Notes: generated by a model from the sequence alone, not told the origin. Shown: positions 28,176-41,004, numbered from the whole stretch's first letter. The stretch is 63,756 nucleotides of DNA, filler included, from Octopus bimaculoides (GCF_001194135.2; 8 parts of 7 records of this genome joined end to end with filler, not necessarily neighbours in it), one strand, 5' to 3'. Program-made: numbers and translations.

Positions 28176-28734
28176 GTCAGATTCAAATGAAATATCTGAC
28201 CACTGTTACTTTAGTTTGGAAATTTTAGGCCTTTTGAACGATGCTTTTGGACGATTTAAACATTAGATTTATACGCAATTATCCAGGTTTAATTATTTCT
28301 GACGTTTGCGTAGCGTCTCTGTATTCTAGTAATTTTCTCTATGATGGATAATGCTTCTGTCATTAATACTCTAATTTTGTTAACAGTTCTGGATAGTTAC
28401 GTTTTCCTATTTAGTTTGGATTTACGCTTTACAGCTTAAGTCGCAGTTACTCCTAGTTGTAAATGCATGCCGAGTCTACGTTGTAATTTTGTACATGCAT
28501 GGCCAATGTAGCAATATATAGAATAACCAGGCCTTGTTTTGTTCACGAATGAGAAAGTACTCAAAATATTTGAAAGCGTAAATGGTTTATCTCAGCTAAA
28601 TTTTTGTCCAGTGATTCAAAACTTAGAATTTAGTGATTGAATTCTTATCGGACGATCTAGTCTCACGTAAATTTTGGGGTTTCCTTTCCATCCGAGAGGT
28701 TTCTAAAACAATATTTTACGAGCTGGTAGAATCG

Positions 28735-28912
28735 TTAGCGAACAGGACAAAGTCCTTAGCGTTATTGCTTCCGGTTCTTTATGTTCAGGATCACATTTCC
28801 TCGGGGCCGACTTTGCCTTTCGTCATACAGAGGTCGATAAAAATAAGTACCAGTTGAATACTGGGCTCTAATTAATCGACTTAAAATTACTGCCCCTGTC
28901 TCAAAATCAGAA
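28735..28912 (+). mobile_element. Family B SINE, diverged
   Basis: GGTAGAATCGTTAGC...GGGCCGACTTTGCCTTTCGTC...GGTCGATAAAAATAAGTACCAGTTG. Confidence 0.7.
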
Positions 28913-28999
28913 ACTATCATTTATAGTGTCTCTACCTCGAGACAAGCCATTAAAATGATTTTTTTCAAATATATTCTCATAGAATCTCACATGATTAGA

Positions 29000-29116
29000 T
29001 GCAGGCGTGGGTGTGTGGTAAGAAGTTTGCTTCCCAGCCACAAGGTTCCGGGTTCAGTCCCAAAGTCTGGTGATTAGATTTAGTACATAGAAACTGAAAG
29101 ATGCCCGTCAAATATG

Positions 29117-29158
<42 letters not shown>

Positions 29159-29680
29159 GTTGCTATTATGAAAAAGTGTCGTAAGTCTAAAACGGTGCTT
29201 TTTCAGAAAACGAAAAAATGGCTTCACCATTCGATAGCAAAACCGTCGTAATACACTTTGACAATTTTTGATATCTTGGCATCTGAAGCAGCCGGAGATA
29301 CGATAATTTGACCAAAAGAACTGGCTATTGCAAGCAAAAATAAGCATTGAAGAAAACGCATTTGGCCAAATTTGGAAATACGACTGTTTAACATAATAGC
29401 AACAATATGTATATAATATATATAAATGTGTATGTGTGTATGAGAGAGAGAGAGAAAGAGAGAGCATGTTTTGTGCCTGTGTTTGTCTCCCACCACTGCT
29501 TGACGACCGGTGTTGGTGTGTTTACGCCCCTGTAACTTAGCGGTTCGCTAAAACAGTTGATAAAATAAATACCAGATTTCGAAAATGAGCACCCGTGTCG
29601 ATTCGTTGCATTAAAGTTCCTCGAGGCGGTTCCCCAGCATGGTGGCAATCCAATGATTGAAACAAGTAAAAGATAAAAGA
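29000..29680 (+). mobile_element. Family C SINE with about 245 bp inserted in its internal microsatellite
   Basis: Head 29000-29110, tail 29470-29680; insert 29159-29403 bounded by GTTGCTATTATG / CATAATAGCAAC. Confidence 0.7.
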
Positions 29681-30377
29681 TTTGCTATATATTCACTTCG
29701 TAAAACAGATTAAACAGACATGCGTTTATACATCTAAAGTCGAAGTTAGCAACTCTGCCAAACCCATTTTAGCGAACCACTTTCACACGAAACATGTGTC
29801 TATGTTGAAATAATTGATTTGTACAGCAGATGTCATTTAAATAATTTGAAAGAAAAACATGGCGGTCTTTGTGATGTGAGGTTAAACATGTTTCCTTTTG
29901 AACAGAATTGTCCAGTTCGATTAACGATTCAATTTCTTTCAAATAATCGTTTATACATATTCGTACATATATGTGTGTGTGTGCGTGCGTGTATGAATAT
30001 ATGTGTGTATGCATATGTATGCGTGTGTGTGTGTTCTGATAAATATATGTATCGTATATATATATATATACATCTATGTAATCATATATTCATGAAATAC
30101 ATATATGCACGCACACACAAAACGTCCCCACACCCCTACTTCATCCCTACATTCCACACACGTACATACATATAGTACTGTAGCATTAGCAAGGTATATC
30201 AATAATGTATTTTACGTAGTGCTATCGCTATCTTGTATAGGACTCAATACGCGGATGGAGTGGCTAGATGTGTATCTATTCTTTTTCAAAGTCGACCATC
30301 TAATCTGAGTTTCACAGTCAGCCGGACAACTCACGTCTGCTCTGAACAGCCTACCTAGGGTGAAATATCAACTTCCA

Positions 30378-30447
<70 letters not shown>

Positions 30448-30969
30448 TTGTTTGTATGTATGTATATGTATATATATTTCTATCTTTGAATTTGATTATA
30501 TATATATATATATNNNNNNNNNNNNNNNNNNNNNNNNNNNNNNNNNNNNNNNNNNNNNNNNNNNNNNNNNNNNNNNNNNNNNNNNNNNNNNNNNNNNNNN
30601 NNNNNNNNNNNNNNNNNNNNNNNNNNNNNNNNNNNNNNNNNNNNNNNNNNNNNNNNNNNNNNNNNNNNNNNNNNNNNNNNNNNNNNNNNNNNNNNNNNNN
30701 NNNNNNNNNNNNNNNNNNNNNNNNNNNNNNNNNNNNNNNNNNNNNNNNNNNNNNNNNNNNNNNNNNNNNNNNNNNNNNNNNNNNNNNNNNNNNNNNNNNN
30801 NNNNNNNNNNNNNNNNNNNNNNNNNNNNNNNNNNNNNNNNNNNNNNNNNTATATTAGTTTGGCCCAGAGACTGGGAATATGCTAGAGTACCGCCTTTCAA
30901 TGTTTTGGTGTCTCCCTTCGGTTCTGTTTTTGGTGAAGAAGCGAGTTATATATATACAAGATACCTATA

Positions 30970-31477
30970 TATATATAATTTCAAAAAATCGTGTAGAAAT
31001 AAACAAATAACATATACGAAATACACAGACGAACAGAAAAAAAACAGAAGATCACCAACTCCTCGTCAGTAATAGGCCAGAGGGTCATAGGCAATTTCGA
31101 CTGTTATCGATAATATTGCCTCCACTCTGGAGGCACCGGCAAGAAACTTGCTGGGAATGGGACCAAAATATAACAAAGCGAGACGGGCTTGAGACGAGAC
31201 TGTTAGTGGACGAACGAGGGGCAATGCAATTAATAGAATAAAAGCTTAGGGCCTTTGTTTTGTCCCTCGTTTTGTTATGTTTTGGTCTCATTCCCGGTAG
31301 GTTTCTTGCCGGTACCTCCAGAGTGGAAGCAATATAATCGATAATGGCCGAAATTGCGTTTGACCTTCTGGCCGATAACTCATGAGGAGTTGGTGAACTT
31401 CTGCGTTTTCTGTTCGTCTGTGTATTTAGTATATGTTCATTTGTTTATTTACTACACGTTTTTTTAAAATTATATAT
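30970..31477. repeat. Large imperfect palindrome: about 212-bp arms, about 83-bp spacer, flanked by (TA)n
   Basis: 30970-31182 aligns by eye with the reverse complement of 31266-31477 along its whole length, with scattered substitutions. Confidence 0.9.
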
Positions 31478-32779
31478 GTATATATATATATTTATATATA
31501 NNNNNNNNNNNNNNNNNNNNNNNNNNNNNNNNNNNNNNNNNNNNTTAATTAATTAANNNNNNNNNNNNNNNNNNNNNNNNNNNNNNNNNNNNNNNNNNNN
31601 TACCACATTTTCTCTACAGACATTGCTGTGCATATATACATATATAAACATATTACAAGAATTCTTTTACGAGAGATTTTCAGTAAACCCTATGCAGCTG
31701 TTTCTTTCCACTTATTTACAAGAGTGTAGACATAGGCACCTACTCAACTCTCCCTGTTCCTGATCCAGCAAAATGCTGAATAACCAGTATATCAATCTCA
31801 TCTATCTGGGAGGACCAGCAAATATCTGATATTGTTCTTTGCCCTCTATCTTGTTAAAAATAATAATTGCTGTTATCTATGTCCCAATTAGTGTCTAAAT
31901 TTGAACTAATGATTATCCAAATTATGTGATTTGTTTGCCCATAAATTTATCAGCTATACTGTATGTTGAATATGACAAAAAAACAAACTTCAAGACAATT
32001 TTTCCCACAGTGTCTTATCAGACAGCCATACATTTTTGCATACATTGAAATCAACATCTTATCAATTCCATCTTAATCAACAACCGTTAGATTGATGTTT
32101 TGTCCCTTTGAGAGAACATGCTGATCTAGCAAGTAAAGAGTGGTGATTTTGTCTTATATAGATCTGATGGACTTTGGTGCAGTTAGAACAACTAGTGCAG
32201 TTGGGAGTTTCTATGTGATAGCTTTTCCTGCTATAAATAAAAGCCAAAACAAAATACTTTAAATGATAGCATTTTAAATACGAAATGTGCAAAAGAAGAT
32301 GAGATTGTTATAACTGGAGCATTTTTGTCTATAGCTCTGCTTTATCAGTGTTGTCCTTGAGCTAAACAACATAAATACATCGAGCATATATATATATAGC
32401 TTTGTTTTGCTAATATTTCTGGTTAGCTCCAGTCATATCTTGCTCAGTAAAGATTAACACTAAAACTCACTTGATGATGACTTATATACTGGGTGTTTGT
32501 AATTATCTTTGCTCAGTAGAATCTTGTTAATTAGATGAATGCTTTATCTGTGACAATGACAAATGTGGTATAATTATTGTTTTATTTAGTTATATTTGTA
32601 AGTGTAGCTAATGAGTATGTACATAGAAATATGTCTCTGAGTCATTATAAGGAACGGCGTCCTTTTACATTGAAAAAGAAATCATTATTTATCATGGCTT
32701 TTAGTTAATCTTTCTAAGNNNNNNNNNNTTAGAGAAAGAAACCCAGCTGTTTCTTGCAATACATAACCAATACATACAC

Positions 32780-33300
32780 CTAAAGCAAAATTTTTCAGGG
32801 GCCCTAAAAAATAGTATTGTGGATCCTCAATTTACCATCTTGTTGCGTGAGCTCCCCATCCCTATCAAATCTTATATGGACCCTCAAGGAGCCATGTGTA
32901 TTTCTGTTAGATCAGAAATTTTGTCCAGTGCCTCAAGTTCTATCTCCAACTTTATTCCAATCCAATTTTATTTTCAGAATCTTTTTTTATTTCTGGCGCG
33001 GTGCTAGTGTATTTCCAAGCCACTTTATTTCACCAACCACCAGAAACCTAGTTCTGGTGGTATGTATAGGATTTTTACTCGGATCATTCACTGCCTCAGA
33101 TAAATCAGTATCCATGCAAAAATCTTCAGTTCTTTGTAGGACAGTGGAATGCTTCCGGACTACGGTTTCCAAGTGTAAAATAACTTGGATGTATCCGAAT
33201 TTACGGGCATGTTACACAAAACTGATGTCTGACCAAATACTTTATAAACAGATTACACTTTGATCTGAAAGTATATGCTCTAATTTCTGTATTCTCATCG
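32780..33300 (-). mobile_element. Probable decayed Ty3/Gypsy gag-protease-RT junction fragment
   Basis: Minus frame with stops: ...FCMDTDLSEAV...FLVVGEIKWLG...KKILKIKLDWNKV, then LDKISDLTE...GSTILFFRAP; resembles DTGAS / LLGRDWLKKIKLDW / PKFFKARP of Gypsy pol. Confidence 0.4.
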
Positions 33301-34589
33301 ATAAATAGCTGTACAGAATTGTTTACGTTTCCATTTGGCCAAAAAGGTGTTGAGATATATTAAGCGTAATTTTTCTCTGATTATATCTGTTGAGGTGCTT
33401 CTCTGCTTCTTTTAAATGTTCATGTTTATTGCGTAGTGAGATGAAGTCTAAAATGTTCGTGAAATATATTTCTTGTTACAATTATTAATAAGTTCGTCAA
33501 GACGGCGAGCTGGCNNNNNNNNNNNNNNNNNNNNNNNNNNNNNNNNNNNNNNNNNNNNNNNNNNNNNNNNNNNNNNNNNNNNNNNNNNNNNNNNNNNNNN
33601 NNNNNNNNNNNNNNNNNNNNNNNNNNNNNNNNNNNNNNNNNNNNNNNNNNNNNNNNNNNNNNNNNNNNNNNNNNNNNNNNNNNNNNNNNNNNNNNNNNNN
33701 NNNNNNNNNNNNNNNNNNNNNNNNNNNNNNNNNNNNNNNNNNNNNNNNNNNNNNNNNNNNNNNNNNNNNNNNNNNNNNNNNNNNNNNNNNNNNNNNNNNN
33801 NNNNNNNNNNNNNNNNNNNNNNNNNNNNNNNNNNNNNNNNNNNNNNNNNNNNNNNNNNNNNNNNNNNNNNNNNNNNNNNNNNNNNNNNNNNNNNNNNNNN
33901 NNNNNNNNNNNNNNNNNNNNNNNNNNNNNNNNNNNNNNNNNNNNNNNNNNNNNNNNNNNNNNNNNNNNNNNNNNNNNNNNNNNNNNNNNNNNNNNNNNNN
34001 NNNNNNNNNNNNNNNNNNNNNNNNNNNNNNNNNNNNNNNNNNNNNNNNNNNNNNNNNNNNNNNNNNNNNNNNNNNNNNNNNNNNNNNNNNNNNNNNNNNN
34101 NNNNNNNNNNNNNNNNNNNNNNNNNNNNNNNNNNNNNNNNNNNNNNNNNNNNNNNNNNNNNNNNNNNNNNNNNNNNNNNNNNNNNNNNNNNNNNNNNNNN
34201 NNNNNNNNNNNNNNNNNNNNNNNNNNNNNNNNNNNNNNNNNNNNNNNNNNNNNNNNNNNNNNNNNNNNNNNNNNNNNNNNNNNNNNNNNNNNNNNNNNNN
34301 NNNNNNNNNNNNNNNNNNNNNNNNNNNNNNNNNNNNNNNNNNNNNNNNNNNNNNNNNATTATTGTTTTATTTAGTTATATTTGTAAGTGTAGCTAATGAG
34401 TATGTACATAGAAATATGTCTCTGAGTCATTATAAGGAACGGCGTCCTTTTACATTGAAAAAGAAATCATTATTTATCATGGCTTTTAGTTAATCTTTCT
34501 AAGATTATATATACTTTCCATCATACGCAGCAAAATAAACGATGAGTTTTCATCACATATTAATAATAATAATCCTTTCTACTATACGT

Positions 34590-34805
34590 ACAGGGCCTGA
34601 AATTTTGGAGGAGAGTGCTAGTCGATTACATCGACCCCATTGTGACTCTGGTACTTATTTTATCGACCCCCCCCCAAAAAAAAATAAACGACGAAAGGTA
34701 AAGTTGACCTCGGCGGAATTTGAACTCTGAACATAAAGAGACATAAGAGATAATGCAAAGCAATTTGTTGGACATTCTAACGATTCTGCGCATCCGCCAC
34801 CCTTA
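34590..34805 (-). mobile_element. Family B SINE
   Basis: Reverse complement of the core (GACCTCGGCGGAATTTGAACTC, GGTACTTATTTTATCGACCCC). Confidence 0.75.
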
Positions 34806-35220
34806 ATTTTTTTTCTAGCTTAGTCACAAGACCTGAAATTTGGTGAAGGCAATTATTCGATTAAATCGAGTCCCAGCACTTGACTGTTGCCAGTTTTTAT
34901 TGGCCTCGGATGGATGAAAGACAGAAGTGACTTCGGAGGGACTAAAGTTCGGAAGAAATATTACCTGAAAGTGTCTCTTGCTTTAAATTCTTTAATTTGA
35001 ATTTTTTAATTTCAAATTTCTAATCTTACTTCGTACTATGACAATGTGTGTGTGTATACAACCATACCTCAATACTACGGACCTCCCTTTAATGGATTTT
35101 GGAAGCAGTGGACAAAATCACGGTACATCTACAACACCCTCTTCCCCATCCATGGTAAGTCTGATTTTAAATTGAAAATGTTGAATTTGCTGTATAGTGT
35201 ATATTTACAGTGTACAGGTA

Positions 35221-35464
35221 TTGGGTTGGTGCATAATTATTGCGGCTTTTTTCCAGCAAATTTTATTCAACAATAACAATATTTACCAAAAACATGTTTG
35301 AATGATGGTCTGACCGTCTGCCAAGCAAATGGGAAGCAGTAATTGAAGTAGATGGTGAATATGCTCCGGATTAATCATTTAAAGATGTTTTTGTTACATG
35401 GTGTTATTGTTTTTGTTGAATAAAATTTGTTGAAGAAAAGCTGCAATAATTATGCACCAACACC
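35221..35464 (+). mobile_element. Mariner MITE (Hsmar1/cecropia-like TIRs) keeping the transposase C-terminus
   Basis: TA|TTGGGTTGGTGCATAATTATTGCGGC ... GCTGCAATAATTATGCACCAAC; internal RLPSKWEAVIEVDGEYAPD*. Confidence 0.85.
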
Positions 35465-35609
35465 GGTTGTTAAACGGTGACGAGGAACAAGCAGACACAA
35501 ACATACACACACACACACATATATACACACACACACATACATATGTATATGTGCAAGTGTGTGTGTGTGTGTATGTGGTGCTTTTATGAGCTCGTGTGAG
35601 TGTTTATGT

Positions 35610-36635
35610 GTTTCCCCAGTTCTTTCTTGTATTCATACATATACATGTATCTACGTCTTCAGTTTTTCCTTTTTCCTGTTGAACAATCAAATACGAACAT
35701 TTCTTTCGGCCAAATTCCATTCCTATGTCAGCTGTGAATGTTGTTATTAATTCCAGCTGTTTTTTGGTATTGTTAACATTTTTAGCATAAACCTTCAGGT
35801 CATCCACAAAAAAAAAACACAAAAACATGAGTTACATTGTTATTTCTAGCAGTTGTAGATCTTAGTATGTAACCATTTGATTTTCTCAGCAGGAATCATA
35901 ATGGATTTAATACCAAAATGAACAGAAATACAGAAAGATTATCTCCAGGAAATATTCCCTTTGAAATATCTATAACATTGGAGGAGATCGTTCCGTTCTC
36001 ACTTGTAAGTGTGAGAAGTAATATCTGGGTCTTTGTGAGCCCCTCAATGAAAGCAGCTAAAGCAGCAAACCCTTTTGCCAAATGCAAGCAACTCAGCAAC
36101 CATGAGTGGGGAACAGACCCAAATGACTTCCTGTAATCAAGCCTCAGTGACACAAGGCTTCTCCTGTGTTTTTTCAATTCAGACAGTACAGCTTTGTTTA
36201 TCAAAAGTTGCTCGGCACATCCCCACACTCCCTTCTTTTCACTTACTGGATTATCAGTCACTATGCTGTTGGATTGTGGAGGCGCGTGGCTTAGTAGTTA
36301 GGGTGTCAGCACCATGATCGTAAGATTGTGGTTTCAATTCCTGGACCGGATGACGCGTTGTATTCTTGAGCAAAACGCTTCATTTCACATTGCTCCAGTC
36401 CACTCAGCTGGCAAAAATGAGTAATGCTCGATGGACTGGCGTCCCGTCCAGCTGGGGAACACATACGCCATTAAAACCGGGCCCATGAGCCTGGCTAGGC
36501 TTTAAAAGGGCGCAAAGGATGCTGTTGGATTCATTGTGATGTTGGGGGAATTGGTTGAGGCAGCTTGTGTACAGTTTGTACATGATGAGGCAAGCAATGG
36601 ACCTATAATTTTCTGATAACTTGGTGGTTTCATTC
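35610..36635 (-). mobile_element. R4/Dong-like non-LTR reverse transcriptase fragment, split by a SINE
   Basis: ENYRSIACL-IMYKLYTSCLN (36532-36635); KKGVWGCAEQLLINK...LDYRKSFGSVPHSWL...GIFPGDNLSVFLFILVLNPL; FFVDDLKVYAK...DIGMEFGRKKC. Confidence 0.85.
36276..36518 (+). mobile_element. tRNA-headed SINE with MetaSINE/V-like central domain and 13-bp TSD
   Basis: TSD ATGCTGTTGGATT at 36263-36275 and 36519-36531; contains GATGGACTGGCGTCCCGTCCAG and AAACCGGG...GGGCCCATGAGCC. Confidence 0.85.
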
Positions 36636-37230
36636 GAAAAAGGGCCCAGATCAACTCCCAACTTTTCTTTCAGTTCACGATACGCATTCGGCCGTGACAG
36701 ATTTCGATCTTCCGAGAGGCACAAACTTTGCTGTAACTTTTTTCATTCGCAATTCCTCAATCAAAATTCGTTGGCAGGAGCTTCAGGACACACCAGTCGC
36801 ATTAACAAGTTCATCAATTGTTTGGCGACGATCCTCCAAGATCAGTTCATGAATTTTCGTAATGCTTTCATTCTTTCGGAAGACCGATGGTCGTCGAGAA
36901 TGAAATTAGTCTTCAAGCAACAAGTGACCATTCCAAAAGCATGAAAACCACTCATGTCAGCGTCCTTGTAAGCTGTTTCGAGCATGACAACTATTTCGGT
37001 CACCGTTTTCCCCAGCAGAATACAGAATTTCACGGAAGAAACGCTGTTCCTTCTTTTCTTCGCAAAAACCCTTCGCAATAATCAACGAACAGGGAAGAAG
37101 CACGACTAAACAAAGACGCAGTCCCGTGGCAGTAGGACTGCAGATGGTGATGCCGGTTGGCAGACTGATGCCTGAGGGTAGCATCAAGTAGCTTCTAGCA
37201 GTGAAAACCTGACTACAACGGGCTTGTCCC
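36636..37230 (-). mobile_element. Mariner transposase 5' fragment (HTH region)
   Basis: VKFCILLGKTVTEIVVMLETAYKDADMS...; ELILEDRRQTIDELVNATGVS*SSCQRILIEELRMKKVTAKFVP. Confidence 0.85.
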
Positions 37231-37301
37231 ACAAACGTTTCCAGCTACTTTTGGGTTCGACGTCGTATATGTGTGTGTGTGGGGGTGTATAAATTTATAT
37301 A

Positions 37302-37337
<36 letters not shown>

Positions 37338-37711
37338 CATNNNNNNNNNNNNNNNNNNNNNNNNNNNNNNNNNNNNNNNNNNNNNNNNNNNNNNNNNNNN
37401 NNNNNNNNNNNNNNNNNNNNNNNNNNNNNNNNNNNNNNNNATATATATACATACATATATATACACACACATATATATATATATATGTATGTGTAACTGA
37501 TATTGATCTTATATCCGGCCGACTGTTTCAGTGTGGTTGAGGTCACCTATGTAACCTCTGACGATAATGTGATAACAGAGTGTAACTGTCCATTGGTTTG
37601 TAAGATCAATGTCATTAATAAATGAACAGACTTATTGAGTCCTCTACTGAGCTGTTCACTTTCTGATCGTTTGATACGGAATAAATGATTATTTATTATT
37701 AGTGTTGTTGC

Positions 37712-37756
<45 letters not shown>

Positions 37757-37769
37757 CATCATCATCATC

Positions 37770-37860
<91 letters not shown>

Positions 37861-37929
37861 TACAAATAAGCTTCCTCTGGGTTTACAGTTTAGCAACAAT
37901 ATCGAACAATATTGTGATCATTTGAACTT

Positions 37930-38240
37930 TTCCGAGCAGTGTTGATGTCTTACACGCAGACAGAGAGGCATTATACATACATAGATCCCAACTGACGAGA
38001 ATCGAATTCCCAAAGTTATCAGACTTGGACATACAGTTGACCACGAGTCATTGTAAAAGAGCAACCTGAGAGAAAGCTTGGGGTGGACGGGAGCAGAAGG
38101 CCATCAAAAATATTTGTGGATTGGTCAGATCAAAGAATAGACTAAAAACATGAGCCTGGTCAATTGTACTCATGCTGCGCAACACAGAAGGAACTGGTAA
38201 GAATTGGCAAGCCGATTCCTGGACACGGGAGAAGCGACTT
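37930..38240 (+). mobile_element. RTE-like LINE 3' end fragment
   Basis: WIGQIKE*TKNMSLVNCTHAAQHRRNW*ELASRF resembles the RTE C-terminal W.D.IK.W...DR..W motif. Confidence 0.6.
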
Positions 38241-38319
38241 GTTGATAATGTTGTTTAACAATGTTTTCCTTTAGTGGTTATAAAATGAAACAAAAAAATT
38301 GTCTCGTTATTTCTCGGTT

Positions 38320-38620
38320 ATATTGCCTGCAGAACCGTTGAGCCATTTAAGATCAGCAAAGCAATTTTCTTTCCTTCAAACACAGCGTCATTAATTCGAC
38401 CCGGTGATCGAGACATTCTACAAGCTTTAAGAGCTTATAATGGAAAAGAAATTTGGAGAACAATTTTAACCAAAATCAATGGTGTTTTAAGCCTATCAGA
38501 TACAAATGCTATTGCAAAACGGATTTAACCTTCTTCGTGATTTGCATAAACTAGCAATGTCATGTAATAAGTCATTTCAAGCTAATAATATTCATAGTAA
38601 TTCCTTTCTATATTGCAAAG
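38320..38620 (+). mobile_element. pogo/Tigger (DDE_1) transposase fragment
   Basis: KAIFFPSNTASLIRPGDRDILQALRAYNGKEIWRTIL resembles [25 protein letters not shown]; then NLLRDLHKLAMSCNK. Confidence 0.75.
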
Positions 38621-38821
38621 TTCTTGACAATGAATATAAACTAGTTGGACCCATGGAAATTCCATGAGGTCAATGACCTATTCATCTTCACTATAACATC
38701 TAGATAATTATTGTGCATTGTGGATGTGTATTACTCTAGAGATGATTGCATTCAGTAATATTTTCACATTTTTTTCAGCCCGAATGTCAACGAATTTTTT
38801 CAATGTTTTTGGCCTTAATAA

Positions 38822-38860
<39 letters not shown>

Positions 38861-39099
38861 NNNNNNNNNNNNNNNNNNNNNNNNNNNNNNNNNNNNNNNN
38901 NNNNNNNNNNNNNNNNNNNNNNNNNNNNNNNNNNNNNNNNNNNNNNNNNNNNNNNNNNNNNNNNNNNNNNNNNNNNNNNNNNNNNNNNNNNNNNNNNNNN
39001 NNNNNNNNNNNNNATATATATATACATATATATATATGTGTGTATATATATGTATGTATATATATGTATATATATGTATCATCGCCATCATTATCATCA

Positions 39100-39368
39100 G
39101 TAATTACTGGTCCCGTGTTGTCTTAGCACTCATAACACCAGTTACCTTGGTCTCTGTGACTTGTAAGCAACCGAGACCACATTTCCTACGTTCACCCCTG
39201 GACACGACGCTAGTCCACTTCAGTGATACTCATTTACAGTTGAGCGGACGGGAAGCGACTGGAAATGAAGTCTTTTGCTTAAGAACACAGTGCACCGCCC
39301 GGTCCGGGAATTGAAACCACGATCTTGCGATCTTCAGTACAACACCCTTACCACAAGACCACGCGTCT
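39100..39368 (-). mobile_element. SINE related to 36276-36518 (MetaSINE-like), diverged
   Basis: Reverse complement has the tRNA-like head GAAGACGCGTGGTCTTGTGGTAAGGG...GGTTTCAATTCCCGGACCGGG and GTGGACTAGCGTCGTGTCCAGGGG. Confidence 0.7.
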
Positions 39369-40047
39369 TCTGATTATTGATCACATTGCCAATAATTCGA
39401 CTGTAGACTGGAGGTTCATTACACCCTTGAGATTTGGACTCTACTGTAACTACATCAACGTTTTCCATACAATTAATTCCGTCATATAATTCCTGGCTTT
39501 GTGCCCAAGAGTCTAATTCATGCTAGTTTCTTTTGTGCAATAAGTAAGTTCTTGGCGTGACAGTCTCCACTTTTGGTTGGAGTCATTTCCATTTTCTTAA
39601 GCCGTTAGAATTCTTTGAAAAAGCATGAAAGTCGCACTTCTCCTCTGATGTCTTTGGAATGCAACGTTATTTGTTTCTCTATAGAGGAAAAAATTCCCCA
39701 TTTCACTTTCTTTATGTCTTAAACCAAACCATTTATTTATCGTTAAAAACCTAGAAACTTGTGCCTGTCTACGTAAGTTGTGTTTTACGACGTAAGCTGT
39801 ATATTTCATTGTGTACGAGCGCCGTCTGAAGGCATGGGCGTACCGAACAGATGCTTGCGGGTCTTATGGGGCTAGGGGCTCAAATTCTAATCTTTGTATG
39901 TTGTGGCTTGTTGTCAATAAATAAATTCAATAGAGTCCAGTGCACTGGTTTGTCCAAGGGCCTATAATACTGATAAGACGGTACCTGAAATGTCCGTCAT
40001 GCGTGGTGTTTCGCTATCTAAACCTTATTTTATTTCACCGTGTAAGA

Positions 40048-40063
40048 CAGGGGTCGGCAAACC
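40048..40063 (+). mobile_element. hAT-type terminal inverted repeat (partner end not found)
   Basis: CAGGGGTCGGCAAACC; similar hAT-like ends at 25330-25348 and 26994-27007. Confidence 0.45.
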
Positions 40064-41004
40064 GGGGTAAATTACTCCAAGTGGGGTGAAAATGAAATTC
40101 TTGTGGATAATGAGGACTCCTTAAACATAAATAGAATTATATATAAAACGTGTTCTTTGTTACGACAGAAGTTTTTCTTCTGGAATGAGGCGGCAGTTAA
40201 AAAGTTGATGCCTTTTGAAACAACCTACCTTTGCAAATAAGGTTTTCCACTCTAATGAACATAAAAACAAAGCAGAATAATCGAATGGACCCCAAGGATT
40301 GTATCCAAATTGCTCTGGCATCAAAAATGCTCCAATTTTGGTGTAATTGCAACAAAAATGAAACATAATTTCTCCAAAACCTGAAGTGAAAAAGTTTCTA
40401 GAAAAACCCTTTTGTTTCATAAGGACATTAATTTATTTTATCGCATTTATTTTTTACTTTTTATATCGATAATTCTATTCTCTATATGAATAGATTCAAT
40501 AAACCTTTTGAATTCAAAGAATCTATGATTTTCTTCCTTTCAAACCAAGGGGATAACATCGGCTTAAATAAATATATGATATTCTGGGGTAACTGGTTAA
40601 AGATTTGTGCTCTGGTGTAAGATTTGAGCTTTACTGTATAAACCTTGTGTTGTATTTCAGTATCTAAACTATATTTCACCGTGAAAGCTTTGTTTCACTT
40701 CGTAAATCGTTTGTCTGTGTTAACCTTGTGTTGTATTGTACTGTGTAAGCCTTGTGCCGCCCAGCACAAGTTTTGCGTTTCACTGTGTAACCGTTGTCTC
40801 ATACCATAAATCTTGTTTATCACTTTGTAAATTTTGTGATTCACTTTTAGATGAACTGTTCTACCGTGTAAGCTCTGTGTTTCACTGTGTAGTGAAACCT
40901 AGAATCGAAACCTCACATTTTTTAGTTACCAGTGTAAAATCACATTCATGTTAGATGATGTGTCCTGGTTACTAACCAGTTGGCTAGTAGATATAGCATG
41001 CCAT

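Noticed and set aside
32817-33263. 148-aa plus-strand ORF as a host gene
   Set aside because: No recognisable domain; the opposite strand is better explained as a Gypsy remnant.
32573-34503. 146-bp direct repeat (32573-32718 / 34358-34503) as LTR pair or TSD
   Set aside because: Both copies touch N-gaps and differ by one indel; most likely contig overlap or allelic duplication. The same applies to 13545-13610/14180-14260, 15290-15360 and 60118-60208.
38368-38530. Strong plus-strand splice acceptor plus open frame as a host exon
   Set aside because: The frame is a pogo/Tigger DDE_1 transposase fragment with downstream frameshifts.
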